Source of the DNA: Ruminococcus bicirculans (ex Wegman et al. 2014)
Lineage (GTDB): Bacteria; Bacillota; Clostridia; Christensenellales; DTU072
NCBI GenBank assembly: GCA_963642145.1
Contig: CAVIFU010000003.1
Span: 6,433-70,432, forward strand
Direction: 5' to 3'
Length of the DNA stretch: 64,000 nucleotides
The notes beneath the pieces are model-generated. The model saw only the letters and a program-made list of their open reading frames with translations. It searched no databases and was not told where the DNA came from. Below are positions 35,457 to 43,977 of the stretch, one piece after another; position 1 is the first letter of the stretch, and each line of letters opens with the position of its first letter. A program made the translations under genes and the position numbers.

Positions 35457-38400
35457 ATGCATAATAAACGCACCGTAATACCTATTTTATTTGCCGTAAC
35501 GGCGTTTGCGCTCGTATTTGCGCTGACGTTGTGTTCGGGTGTGGGTATTGCTCGGCGCAAAGAATCGGGCGTTTCCCTTGTCGTTGCGGATAGCGAGGAG
35601 GAAGATATATCGTTCGGGCAATACACCTTCAAGCGGACGATGCTCTTGTCGGACGGCACCACTGCTGAGTTTTTCGAGAGCGGAGACGAATATTTCAAGT
35701 ACAGTCACGACGCCGACGGTTACGTTTTGTTACGCGATAACGACGCCTTGACCCTCGAATACGCCGTCAATCAAGACGGCAGACCGGTTTCGTCCGGCGT
35801 TTCTTTTAACGCGTGCGCGCGCGATATAGAGGCTGTCCCCAAAATGACTGCCGGGGATATAGATTTGGAAGCGAATCCGGATTTACTCATATCGTACGAG
35901 GGCGACAATTTGGAAGAAGTGGAGATAGAGCCGTTGTTCGGTTCCGATATGTCCGGCACGATAATCAATCTCGTAATTTACATAACGTTCAAAGACGTTT
36001 CGTTTTCTCCGAGTAGCGAGATAGTCAATATATTTAACGGCGCGAGCAATTCTTTGGAGAGCTATTACCGCGTGATGAGCAATAACGCCGTAACGATTAA
36101 GTCCGTCATGCCGTACGACGGCAGCGCGGTATACGTCTACAAGGACAGCGAAAAGCGCAGTTACTACAATACCGACGGCACCGACCGCAAAAACAAGGAA
36201 GCCACTCTTTTGACAAACGCGATAAGCGCGGCAAAAACGTATTTTTCGGGACTTTCGAGTTACAACCTCGACGTAAACGGCGACGGATATTTGGACAGCC
36301 TGTCATTTGTCGTTGCCGGCGATTCTTCTTCGACGTGGGGTAGCCTGCTATGGCCGCACAGCTGGAATTTGGATACCATAGACGGCGCCGGCAAGTATTC
36401 CTCTTTTACCGGCAAGAACGGGCAAATCGTCAAAGTAGGCAAGTACTCCTTTAACTTTGCTTCCGCCTTGAATACGGGCGTTGTGTGCCACGAAACGGCT
36501 CACGTTTTGGGCGCTCCCGATTTGTATCACTATGAATACGATTTCGTCCCCGTCGGCAAATGGGACTTGATGCAATTTAACCAATCGACTCCGCAATACA
36601 TGCTTACCTATATGCGCGATAAATACATCGGAGGCATATCTTCGAGCGCGATAGAGGATATAAGCGCAAACGGCGTGTATTCCTTGGCTCCGGTAAGCTC
36701 CGCCGCGAGCGGCGTGCTTGCCTACCGCATACCTACCGCACGAACGGGAGAATACTTCATGGTGGAATATCGCAGGGTAACCGCAAGCGGATACGACAGC
36801 GCGTTGTCGGGTAGCGGACTTATCGTCTACAGAGTAAAGGAGCCGAGCGATTATTCGAGCTCGACAGGCAATCAGGAAGCTACTTACAAAGGTACCGGCA
36901 AGTACGCCGACGAGGTATACGTATTCCGTCCGCAGATAACCGTTACCGGCAAGGAGTCATCCGCCCAAAGATACCAAAACAGCAAAAACGACGTCGAGTA
37001 CGCCTATCTTTCGCCGAACAACCCTTATTTTTCGGAGGTCGGCACGACGGACGTTGCCACGCGATACTCGTACGGCAATTTGTTTTTCTCCGACGGCAGC
37101 AATAGCGGTATCGTCATCAAGGCGTTGTCTATAAGCGGCACGAGCCTGGAATTCAGCGTGCACGTTTCATCGGATACGCAGATACCGGACGACTACTTCG
37201 TCAACAAAATTTCCGTCACGCAAGCCGACATAACAAACACTACAGAGTTCGCAGGGGTTACCGCAAACGTGGAATTCGGGTCCCTAAACATATCGTATCT
37301 ATCGGCGTTGGAGCTTGTGCTGACGGACGCAAACGGCGGTATACTCGCAACAAATACCGCCAATACCGGCAAATTGCTGTCGGAATACAAGAGCGGAGCG
37401 CGTAAGTTCGAATGTCGTTTTGTTTACGCCGATAAGGGCAATTCCTTTGACGGCGTGTTCGGCATAGGGGCGTTTTCAGGCACCGCGGTTCCCGCCAAAC
37501 TCACGGTTCGCGCTACCGACGCGGACGGCGACGAGATTACAATAGCCACGGTTGCGGTTACGGATACGTACAACGTAGGTTGGGACACCGTGCTTGCCTC
37601 CAAGACCGAACGTTCGGCGATGATAGCGGCGTCTTCAACCGCAACCATAGGCGTTACGCGTAGCGGTAACGTTGTAGCCGTAGGCGCGATAAGCGGCGTG
37701 AGCACGCTACAAAGTTTAACTAACGCCGTTTCGGCGGCGGTAGGGCTCAGCCATGCGTTGGTGGTCAAGGATAGTCTTACTGTCACCGCGGTAGGTACGG
37801 ACAAGTACGGCGAAACGTCGGTATCTACTTGGAATGACGTAAAGGCAGTAGCCGCCGGAGATTACACATCTTACGGGTTGAGAACGGACGGTACGGTAGT
37901 GGCGGCAGGCGCGAATCAATACGGACAGCTTGCGGTAGACGATTGGACGGAAGTGACGAGTATTTCCGCGCGCGGTCAGCGCGTCGTCGGCATTACCAAA
38001 GAGGGCAAAATCCTATACGCCGGCAATTTCTCGGAGTCGGAAGCGACTGCGTTAAAGTCGATTGGCGGAGCTATCGGAGCTACGTGCGGCGGTAGTTACG
38101 TCGCGGTACTGTTTGCAGACGGCACCGTCGGGACGTACGGCACGTTTGTAGGCGGTGACACGTCCTCTTGGCGCGACGTTACCTCCGTTTCCGCCGGCGA
38201 ATATCATCTTTTGGGGCTCAAAAGCGACGGAAGCGTGTACGCTACCGGCGACAATACCTATAACCAATGTTATGTAAGCAATTTGTGCGACGTCATATAT
38301 TTGGCTGCCGGCGAAAGCCATAGCGCTTTTCTGCGCAAAGACGGCGTTGTGGAGTATCGTGGACTCGATAAGAGCGGATACGGCATAAACGGCGACTTGG

Positions 38401-41400
38401 GTAATTTGATATACAACAGCTACGTTGCCGTCAAATCGATCGGCGGCGTCAGCGTGAACGGCGCAAGCGTAAGCATCGTGCGCGTGCCTCTCGGCGGTAC
38501 GGTCGGCATTGACGTCGTATATTCACCGCAAAGCGTAACCTATGTCAGGATGCTGTTTACTTCCTACGACAGCTCCGTAGCGAGCGTGACGGCAAGCGGA
38601 ACGGATAGCGCAGTCATCGTCGGCAACGGCATAGGTCAAACCATAATCAATATAGTTGAAAACGGCAGTAAGATAAGCAAATCCGTCACGGTGGAAGTCT
38701 ACAAAGAATCTCCGCTCACGGGTATAAAATTTGCGGATTCGACGAAGAGTATTCTCGTAGGGCACAGCGTGCGTTTGGCGGTGGAATTGCTCCCCGCGGA
38801 CGCCGTGTACTACGGCGTAATGCTCTATGAGTCAAGCGCGCCCGATGTAGTCGCCGTCGATTCCGACGGCGTAATTACCGCGTCCTCCGCGGCGGCGGAC
38901 GGCGCCACGGCAACCATCACCGTTACGCTCGGCGAATTCAGCGCGACTTGCCTTGTAACCGTTGCTTCCGGCATCAGCGGCGCGGAAGTCGTGATAGGCG
39001 AGAACGCCAAAATCAAATATCGCTACGGCGAAGAACTCTCCGTGGAAGGCTTGGAACTCAGAGTTACCCTCGGCGACAAAACGGAGACGGCGCACTTCAC
39101 GCGTGACGCGGTCACGGGATACAACCCGACGGACGTCACTTCCAAAGAGCAAACGCTGACGGTGTCTTATTCCGGGATAACAGCCACGTATAGCGTATCC
39201 GTCAGAGACTACGTCGTCGGCATAGAAACGGTATCCGCGCCGCAATCGACATACTTGTATAACGAAGAGTTTGCCACAAGCAGCGGCACATACAGAGTGA
39301 CCTACGCAAGCGGCAAGACGGCGGAAAACAGCTTTTACAGCGGATACGTTCAAGGTTACCGAAAACAATCCATAGGCAAGCAATATTTAAGCTATTCCTA
39401 CACCGATTCGGAGTGGGGAGAAACGTTCTATATATACGATATAGAGGTAGTCGTACTTGACTACGTAAGCGGCATTTCCTATAAACCGGTCAAAGCCGTG
39501 TACGCATATCTGGAGGAATTGGATTCTACCGAGCGCGTCGAACTCACAATGATATCGGGCACGGTGCGTTACGCCTATCTTTCGGAAACGGAAGTCCACG
39601 ACGTAGACAGCCCCGTTGCCGACAAGACGAACGCGTTATACGCGCTGTATTCCGAGCGTACGGGCACGCATAGGCTGGAAGTCAAATATACGGACGCCGC
39701 CAACGACAAGGAACACACAGCCACTGCCGCCGTTGTCGTCAGGATAAGCGGCGAGTGCATTTTGGGCGGTACGGAGACCCTTGCGGACGGCTCCTCCGTG
39801 TACTACTACGAAGTCGGCGATAAGCTTTATATAGACGTCAGAATAGCCCAACAGGGCGTCAACGTCGTCGGCATAGACGACGACAGCTCCAAAGATATCT
39901 ACTATGCGCTGTATACCGCGGACGGATCCGCATTCGACAATACCCAAGCGGGCAAGCAGAGCGCAAGCATCAAAATTTATGTCAACGAGCAAACGATATC
40001 TTCGGGCGGCGTGAGCATAAACACGCAAACGCTACGCGCGATCGTGGTGGATACCTACGGACTTGCCAAGGCTACTGCCGTAAGGATTGCGGACGGATGT
40101 CGCGTCAATTACGACTACGGGCAGGAAATCAACGGAGATTCGCGGCAGGACGTCATGCTTGAATTGACCTTGGCAAGCGGTGACAAAGTGAACGTAGAGC
40201 CGATGGAGATAAGCTACGATATGCGGATAATAGGCACCCAAACCGCGCGATTCAGATACTTAAATACGTGGTTAGAGCTTGATATAGTCATCAACGACGT
40301 CGTAAGCGACATAGCGGCGGACGACGTAAGCGTTGCGTACGGCAACGTGCCCGAAATAAGCGTTTACGCCGTATACAAAGGAGCGGGCAAAGTGGCGTTG
40401 AAGGCATCGGAATACAAGCTTTCCGAATACGATCTCAAAAAGGTAGGCAAGCAAACCGTCACCGTTACGCTCGCGGCGGACGCGACTTATACGACGAGTT
40501 TCACGCTTACCGTTATGGACGGATTCGACAAAATCGAAGTCAAGACCGCGCCCAAAACCTCTTACGCAAAAGGCGAAGATTTCGATCCGACGTCCGAATA
40601 CATCGTCACCACGAATTCGGGTATAACTTATACGGTGTCGTACAATTCGACGGAATTCGAGTACACGCCGGCGTTCGACTCTTCCGCGGTGGGGAGGGGG
40701 CAAAAGATTAGTATTTACTACAAAGGCGCCGGCGGCAGAGTCTTGGCATGGAGCGACGAATGCGTCGTTCCGAACTATGTGGTGTCGCTTACCGTAGTGC
40801 AATCGGCTACCAAACGCGAGTACGGTTACGGGGAAACTTTCGTGACGAAAGTCAACGTAAAGTACGGTGACGGCACGGAAAAGACGCCGTTACTCGAGTC
40901 CGACTACACGACCGACTTCAATTCGCATAAGCTCGGCACGCGAACGGTAACGATAACTTACGTGTACAACGGCATCGCGTACACCGTGAGCGTAGATAAC
41001 GTGCGCGTAAGCGACGTCGTGAACGGCGTCAAGATCAAGAGCAAGCCGACGCTTACCGAATACAATTACGGGCAAACGCTTTCGCTTAGCGGAGCCGTCG
41101 TCGTGGTAACCTATGGCAGTGAAGGAAACGTGACATACAGCGGCAACGAAATAAAAGAGAATTTGGACGTAACCTATTCCACTCTGCAAAAAGGGTATTC
41201 CAAGGTAATCATATCCGTAGGAGGCATGAGCGACAGTTTCCTGATTAAAGTAAACGATTCGAGTGCGGCAATATCCGCAACAAGTGTGGCGAATATATCC
41301 GTCGATGTCAAAAAATTCAGCGTGACGATCAAAGTTTTGCCGGTAACTGTCGGAGAAGTGACCGCTTGCGTCAAGTCGGCGCAATACCTTACCGCCTACA

Positions 41401-41786
41401 TCGTGACGGCGGACGCGGACGTTGAGGCGTCCTCGGCGGAAGACAAAAATATATCTACCGGAGCCAAGCTCATATTCAGGAACGCCGACGGCGTCGAAGT
41501 ATTCGTATTCAACGTTTACGCAAAGGGCGACGCGGACGGCAACGGCGTTATCGATTCCGACGACGCGGAAGCCATTGCCGAGGCAATGACCGCCGGCAAA
41601 TCGGTGTCGGAAGTCGCGGATTATGACGGCGACGGCAGAGTAAATCTTACCGATTTAGTCAATTGGGCAAGGAAAACGGGCGGAGGCGAGCCCAAGAACG
41701 CTCCCGTCAGAGAACTTGCCGAGCTTTGGATAAGCGACGTCAAGCCGCGCAAGACAAAGGAGGATTCCCGAGATGCGCAAGAGTAA
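35457..41786 (+). CDS. Large lipoprotein: HExxH (M6/InhA-like) metalloprotease, RCC1-like beta-propeller, Big_2 and Big_3-like Ig array, C-terminal dockerin
   Basis: ATG 35457 follows AAGAGG; the track ORF starts 5 codons earlier at a GTG. The lipobox is LTLCSG. The zinc motif VVCHETAHVLGAPDLYHY has its HETAH at 36489-36503. RCC1-like repeats span ~37570-38450. Two Big_2-like domains span ~38450-39000. About 9 Big_3-like repeats span ~39000-41200. Confidence 0.85.
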   Translation: MHNKRTVIPILFAVTAFALVFALTLCSGVGIARRKESGVSLVVADSEEEDISFGQYTFKRTMLLSDGTTAEFFESGDEYFKYSHDADGYVLLRDNDALTLEYAVNQDGRPVSSGVSFNACARDIEAVPKMTAGDIDLEANPDLLISYEGDNLEEVEIEPLFGSDMSGTIINLVIYITFKDVSFSPSSEIVNIFNGASNSLESYYRVMSNNAVTIKSVMPYDGSAVYVYKDSEKRSYYNTDGTDRKNKEATLLTNAISAAKTYFSGLSSYNLDVNGDGYLDSLSFVVAGDSSSTWGSLLWPHSWNLDTIDGAGKYSSFTGKNGQIVKVGKYSFNFASALNTGVVCHETAHVLGAPDLYHYEYDFVPVGKWDLMQFNQSTPQYMLTYMRDKYIGGISSSAIEDISANGVYSLAPVSSAASGVLAYRIPTARTGEYFMVEYRRVTASGYDSALSGSGLIVYRVKEPSDYSSSTGNQEATYKGTGKYADEVYVFRPQITVTGKESSAQRYQNSKNDVEYAYLSPNNPYFSEVGTTDVATRYSYGNLFFSDGSNSGIVIKALSISGTSLEFSVHVSSDTQIPDDYFVNKISVTQADITNTTEFAGVTANVEFGSLNISYLSALELVLTDANGGILATNTANTGKLLSEYKSGARKFECRFVYADKGNSFDGVFGIGAFSGTAVPAKLTVRATDADGDEITIATVAVTDTYNVGWDTVLASKTERSAMIAASSTATIGVTRSGNVVAVGAISGVSTLQSLTNAVSAAVGLSHALVVKDSLTVTAVGTDKYGETSVSTWNDVKAVAAGDYTSYGLRTDGTVVAAGANQYGQLAVDDWTEVTSISARGQRVVGITKEGKILYAGNFSESEATALKSIGGAIGATCGGSYVAVLFADGTVGTYGTFVGGDTSSWRDVTSVSAGEYHLLGLKSDGSVYATGDNTYNQCYVSNLCDVIYLAAGESHSAFLRKDGVVEYRGLDKSGYGINGDLGNLIYNSYVAVKSIGGVSVNGASVSIVRVPLGGTVGIDVVYSPQSVTYVRMLFTSYDSSVASVTASGTDSAVIVGNGIGQTIINIVENGSKISKSVTVEVYKESPLTGIKFADSTKSILVGHSVRLAVELLPADAVYYGVMLYESSAPDVVAVDSDGVITASSAAADGATATITVTLGEFSATCLVTVASGISGAEVVIGENAKIKYRYGEELSVEGLELRVTLGDKTETAHFTRDAVTGYNPTDVTSKEQTLTVSYSGITATYSVSVRDYVVGIETVSAPQSTYLYNEEFATSSGTYRVTYASGKTAENSFYSGYVQGYRKQSIGKQYLSYSYTDSEWGETFYIYDIEVVVLDYVSGISYKPVKAVYAYLEELDSTERVELTMISGTVRYAYLSETEVHDVDSPVADKTNALYALYSERTGTHRLEVKYTDAANDKEHTATAAVVVRISGECILGGTETLADGSSVYYYEVGDKLYIDVRIAQQGVNVVGIDDDSSKDIYYALYTADGSAFDNTQAGKQSASIKIYVNEQTISSGGVSINTQTLRAIVVDTYGLAKATAVRIADGCRVNYDYGQEINGDSRQDVMLELTLASGDKVNVEPMEISYDMRIIGTQTARFRYLNTWLELDIVINDVVSDIAADDVSVAYGNVPEISVYAVYKGAGKVALKASEYKLSEYDLKKVGKQTVTVTLAADATYTTSFTLTVMDGFDKIEVKTAPKTSYAKGEDFDPTSEYIVTTNSGITYTVSYNSTEFEYTPAFDSSAVGRGQKISIYYKGAGGRVLAWSDECVVPNYVVSLTVVQSATKREYGYGETFVTKVNVKYGDGTEKTPLLESDYTTDFNSHKLGTRTVTITYVYNGIAYTVSVDNVRVSDVVNGVKIKSKPTLTEYNYGQTLSLSGAVVVVTYGSEGNVTYSGNEIKENLDVTYSTLQKGYSKVIISVGGMSDSFLIKVNDSSAAISATSVANISVDVKKFSVTIKVLPVTVGEVTACVKSAQYLTAYIVTADADVEASSAEDKNISTGAKLIFRNADGVEVFVFNVYAKGDADGNGVIDSDDAEAIAEAMTAGKSVSEVADYDGDGRVNLTDLVNWARKTGGGEPKNAPVRELAELWISDVKPRKTKEDSRDAQE
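37570..38450 (+). other. RCC1-like repeat (beta-propeller) region
   Basis: Repeated blades such as VKAVAAGDYTSYGLRTDGTVVAAGANQYGQL, VTSVSAGEYHLLGLKSDGSVYATGDNTYNQC and VIYLAAGESHSAFLRKDGVVEYRG. Confidence 0.7.
41520..41680 (+). other. Dockerin (type I-like) module
   Basis: Two EF-hand-like Ca-binding loops each followed by a helix: GDADGNGVIDSDDAEAIAEAM and ADYDGDGRVNLTDLVNWARK. Confidence 0.8.
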
Positions 41787-42492
41787 GATAATCATAGCCG
41801 TATCGGTACTTTTCGCGTTGGCGGTGACGCTTTTTGCGGGGTGCTCCTCCACAACCGTAAGCTCGATAGCCATTGCGCAAGGCTCATTCAAAGAAGTGTA
41901 TGCGTTGGACGAAGTGCCGGACTATTCGCGCGCGCAACTCGTAGTGACTTATACGGACGGCAAACAAGCCAACGTTCGCATTACCGAGGACATGGTCAGC
42001 GGACTTTCCACAAGCAAGACGGTAACGGGCGCCACGCTCACCGTAACATACAAAGGCTTCAAGGCGACATTCATGTACAGGGTAAGCGGTAGCGTAAACG
42101 TAGATACGTCGGTAAGGCTCAAGACCGAGATTGCCGAAACCGTAGACGGGCGCAATGCGGTCAAAGTCAAAATATACGGCATCGAGCAGGACGGAATAGG
42201 CGTGTACGCCGTTAAGTTCACCCTTAGCGGAGTCGGCGGAGTGGTGCTTGACGAGCCGACGCCAATAGGCGGCGACGTGTACAAAACCAAATGGACGCGC
42301 ATATCGGACAACACCGTGAACGTAGTCGTCTACTCCGTCACGGGGTACGATTCGTTTACCGAGGGTGCCGAAATAACTTGCGTTTGGGCAACCTTAACGC
42401 TGAATCAAGGTAGCCTAAACATACAATCCATAACGATATCGGACGGCACGAGAGATTATGTCGTCCCGGGTTCGACAATAAAATTTGCGTAG
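41773..42492 (+). CDS. Small lipoprotein with one Big_3-like domain and a C-terminal cohesin-like module
   Basis: AAGGAGG RBS at 41757-41763, and the ATG overlaps the upstream gene by 14 nt. The lipobox is LFAGCSS. The C-terminal ~130 aa has a cohesin-like pattern (VKVKIYGIEQDGIGVYAVKFTLSGVGGVV ... GAEITCVWATLTL ... ITISDG). The cohesin call is made by eye only. Confidence 0.6.
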   Translation: MRKSKIIIAVSVLFALAVTLFAGCSSTTVSSIAIAQGSFKEVYALDEVPDYSRAQLVVTYTDGKQANVRITEDMVSGLSTSKTVTGATLTVTYKGFKATFMYRVSGSVNVDTSVRLKTEIAETVDGRNAVKVKIYGIEQDGIGVYAVKFTLSGVGGVVLDEPTPIGGDVYKTKWTRISDNTVNVVVYSVTGYDSFTEGAEITCVWATLTLNQGSLNIQSITISDGTRDYVVPGSTIKFA

Positions 42493-42500
42493 GAGGTAAT

Positions 42501-43976
42501 ATGATACCGATAGTTCCGAAACCGGTGAAAGCCGAAATCACGGGTCCTTCCGAGTATCTTTACACGGAAGATGACATTAAGTATGTGCAGGATCCGACGG
42601 TTCCCGCAAGCGGATACCGTCTGAGCGTAGGCAAGGACGGCGTTACCGTGCGTTCTTCCGACGATGACGGCGCGTTTTACGGCAGAATGACCGTGCGCGA
42701 ATGGCTGTCCGAGGACAAAAAGCTTACCGATCTCGAAATATACGATTATCCGCGATACGCGCACAGGGGTTTCATGCTCGATTGCGCGAGGCACTTTTTC
42801 GGGATAGACGTCGTCAAGCGCATTTTGGACATCATCGCCATACTCAAATTCAACGTCTTCCATTGGCACCTTACGGACGACCAAGGGTGGAGAATGCAGG
42901 TTGATAAGTATCCTTTGCTCACCGAGATAGGCAGCAAGCGTACCGCGACGCGCGGAGACGGCAAACCCGTGCAAGGCTACTACACCAAAGCGGAAATGAA
43001 GGAGGTTGTGAAGTACGCCAAGGCTTTGCACATAGACGTCATGCCGGAGATAGATCTCCCGGGGCATATGGCGGCGGCTATCGCGGCGTATCCGTATCTT
43101 AGCTGTACCGGCGAGCAAATCGCCGTCAAGGAGAGTTTCGGCATCCACAAAGAGGTGCTTTGCCCGGGCAAAGAGAGCGTCTACGAGTTTGTCGAGGGCG
43201 TTTTGAAAGAGGCGTTCGAGATATTCCCGTACAAGTACATCCACTTGGGCGGTGACGAGGCTTTGCGTATAAATTGGATAAATTGCGAGGATTGTCAAAG
43301 GGTAATGGCGGAGAACGGCTTAAAGGACGAAGACGAACTGCAAGCCTACTTCATGGGCAAAATCAACGAATTTTGCAACAAAAACGGCAAAACAGTCATC
43401 AATTGGAACGACGGCATGGTGGGAGAAAACGTCGCGGACAACATCATGGTGCACTATTGGCAAGAATCCGACGTCAACAGGCGCGTTGCCGTCAGGGAAA
43501 TAAACAAAGGTAAGGGCGGTATAATTTCGCCGTTCGGCTCGTATTACCTTGACTATCCGCACGGCATGACTCCGCTCAAAAAGACGTTTGACTTCAATCC
43601 GGAGCTTCCGGGCGTAACGCGCAAGGACTGCATACTCGGCATAGAGGCGCCGCTCTGGGCGGAATACGTTGAGAGCGAAAATGATATTTACAAGAGGATA
43701 TTCCCGAGATTGCTCGCCGTTGCCGAAAGGGCATGGAGCCCGTGGCATACGGACTACAAGGATTTTAAGGCGCGCGCGGAGCAATGTTGCAAGATGTTTG
43801 ACAACAAGGGTATAGTTTGTGATACAATCAGTAAAGCCGATCCGTCGCTTATAGGCAGGGCGGTAGGCACAATCGCATTCGGACTCAACGCGTTGGACAA
43901 GACTCTTGCGGAGAGTGGCAAACGCATCAAGCTCAATCAAAAGATGCTTGACAAAAAATACGGCAAAAAGAGGTAG
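42501..43976 (+). CDS. GH20 beta-N-acetylhexosaminidase (no signal peptide seen)
   Basis: AGGAGG RBS. GH20 motifs are present: YPRYAHRGFMLDCARHFF, FNVFHWHLTDDQGWR, and the catalytic HLGGDE (~43244-43261). Confidence 0.9.
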   Translation: MIPIVPKPVKAEITGPSEYLYTEDDIKYVQDPTVPASGYRLSVGKDGVTVRSSDDDGAFYGRMTVREWLSEDKKLTDLEIYDYPRYAHRGFMLDCARHFFGIDVVKRILDIIAILKFNVFHWHLTDDQGWRMQVDKYPLLTEIGSKRTATRGDGKPVQGYYTKAEMKEVVKYAKALHIDVMPEIDLPGHMAAAIAAYPYLSCTGEQIAVKESFGIHKEVLCPGKESVYEFVEGVLKEAFEIFPYKYIHLGGDEALRINWINCEDCQRVMAENGLKDEDELQAYFMGKINEFCNKNGKTVINWNDGMVGENVADNIMVHYWQESDVNRRVAVREINKGKGGIISPFGSYYLDYPHGMTPLKKTFDFNPELPGVTRKDCILGIEAPLWAEYVESENDIYKRIFPRLLAVAERAWSPWHTDYKDFKARAEQCCKMFDNKGIVCDTISKADPSLIGRAVGTIAFGLNALDKTLAESGKRIKLNQKMLDKKYGKKR

Positions 43977-43977
43977 T

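Noticed and set aside
43906-43977. 24-codon N-terminal extension of the P-type ATPase ORF that overlaps the GH20 gene.
   Set aside because: ATG 43978 has an AAAGAGG RBS and gives the canonical N-terminus (MDSFYTKPSEEVL...). The extension lies inside the GH20 coding sequence.
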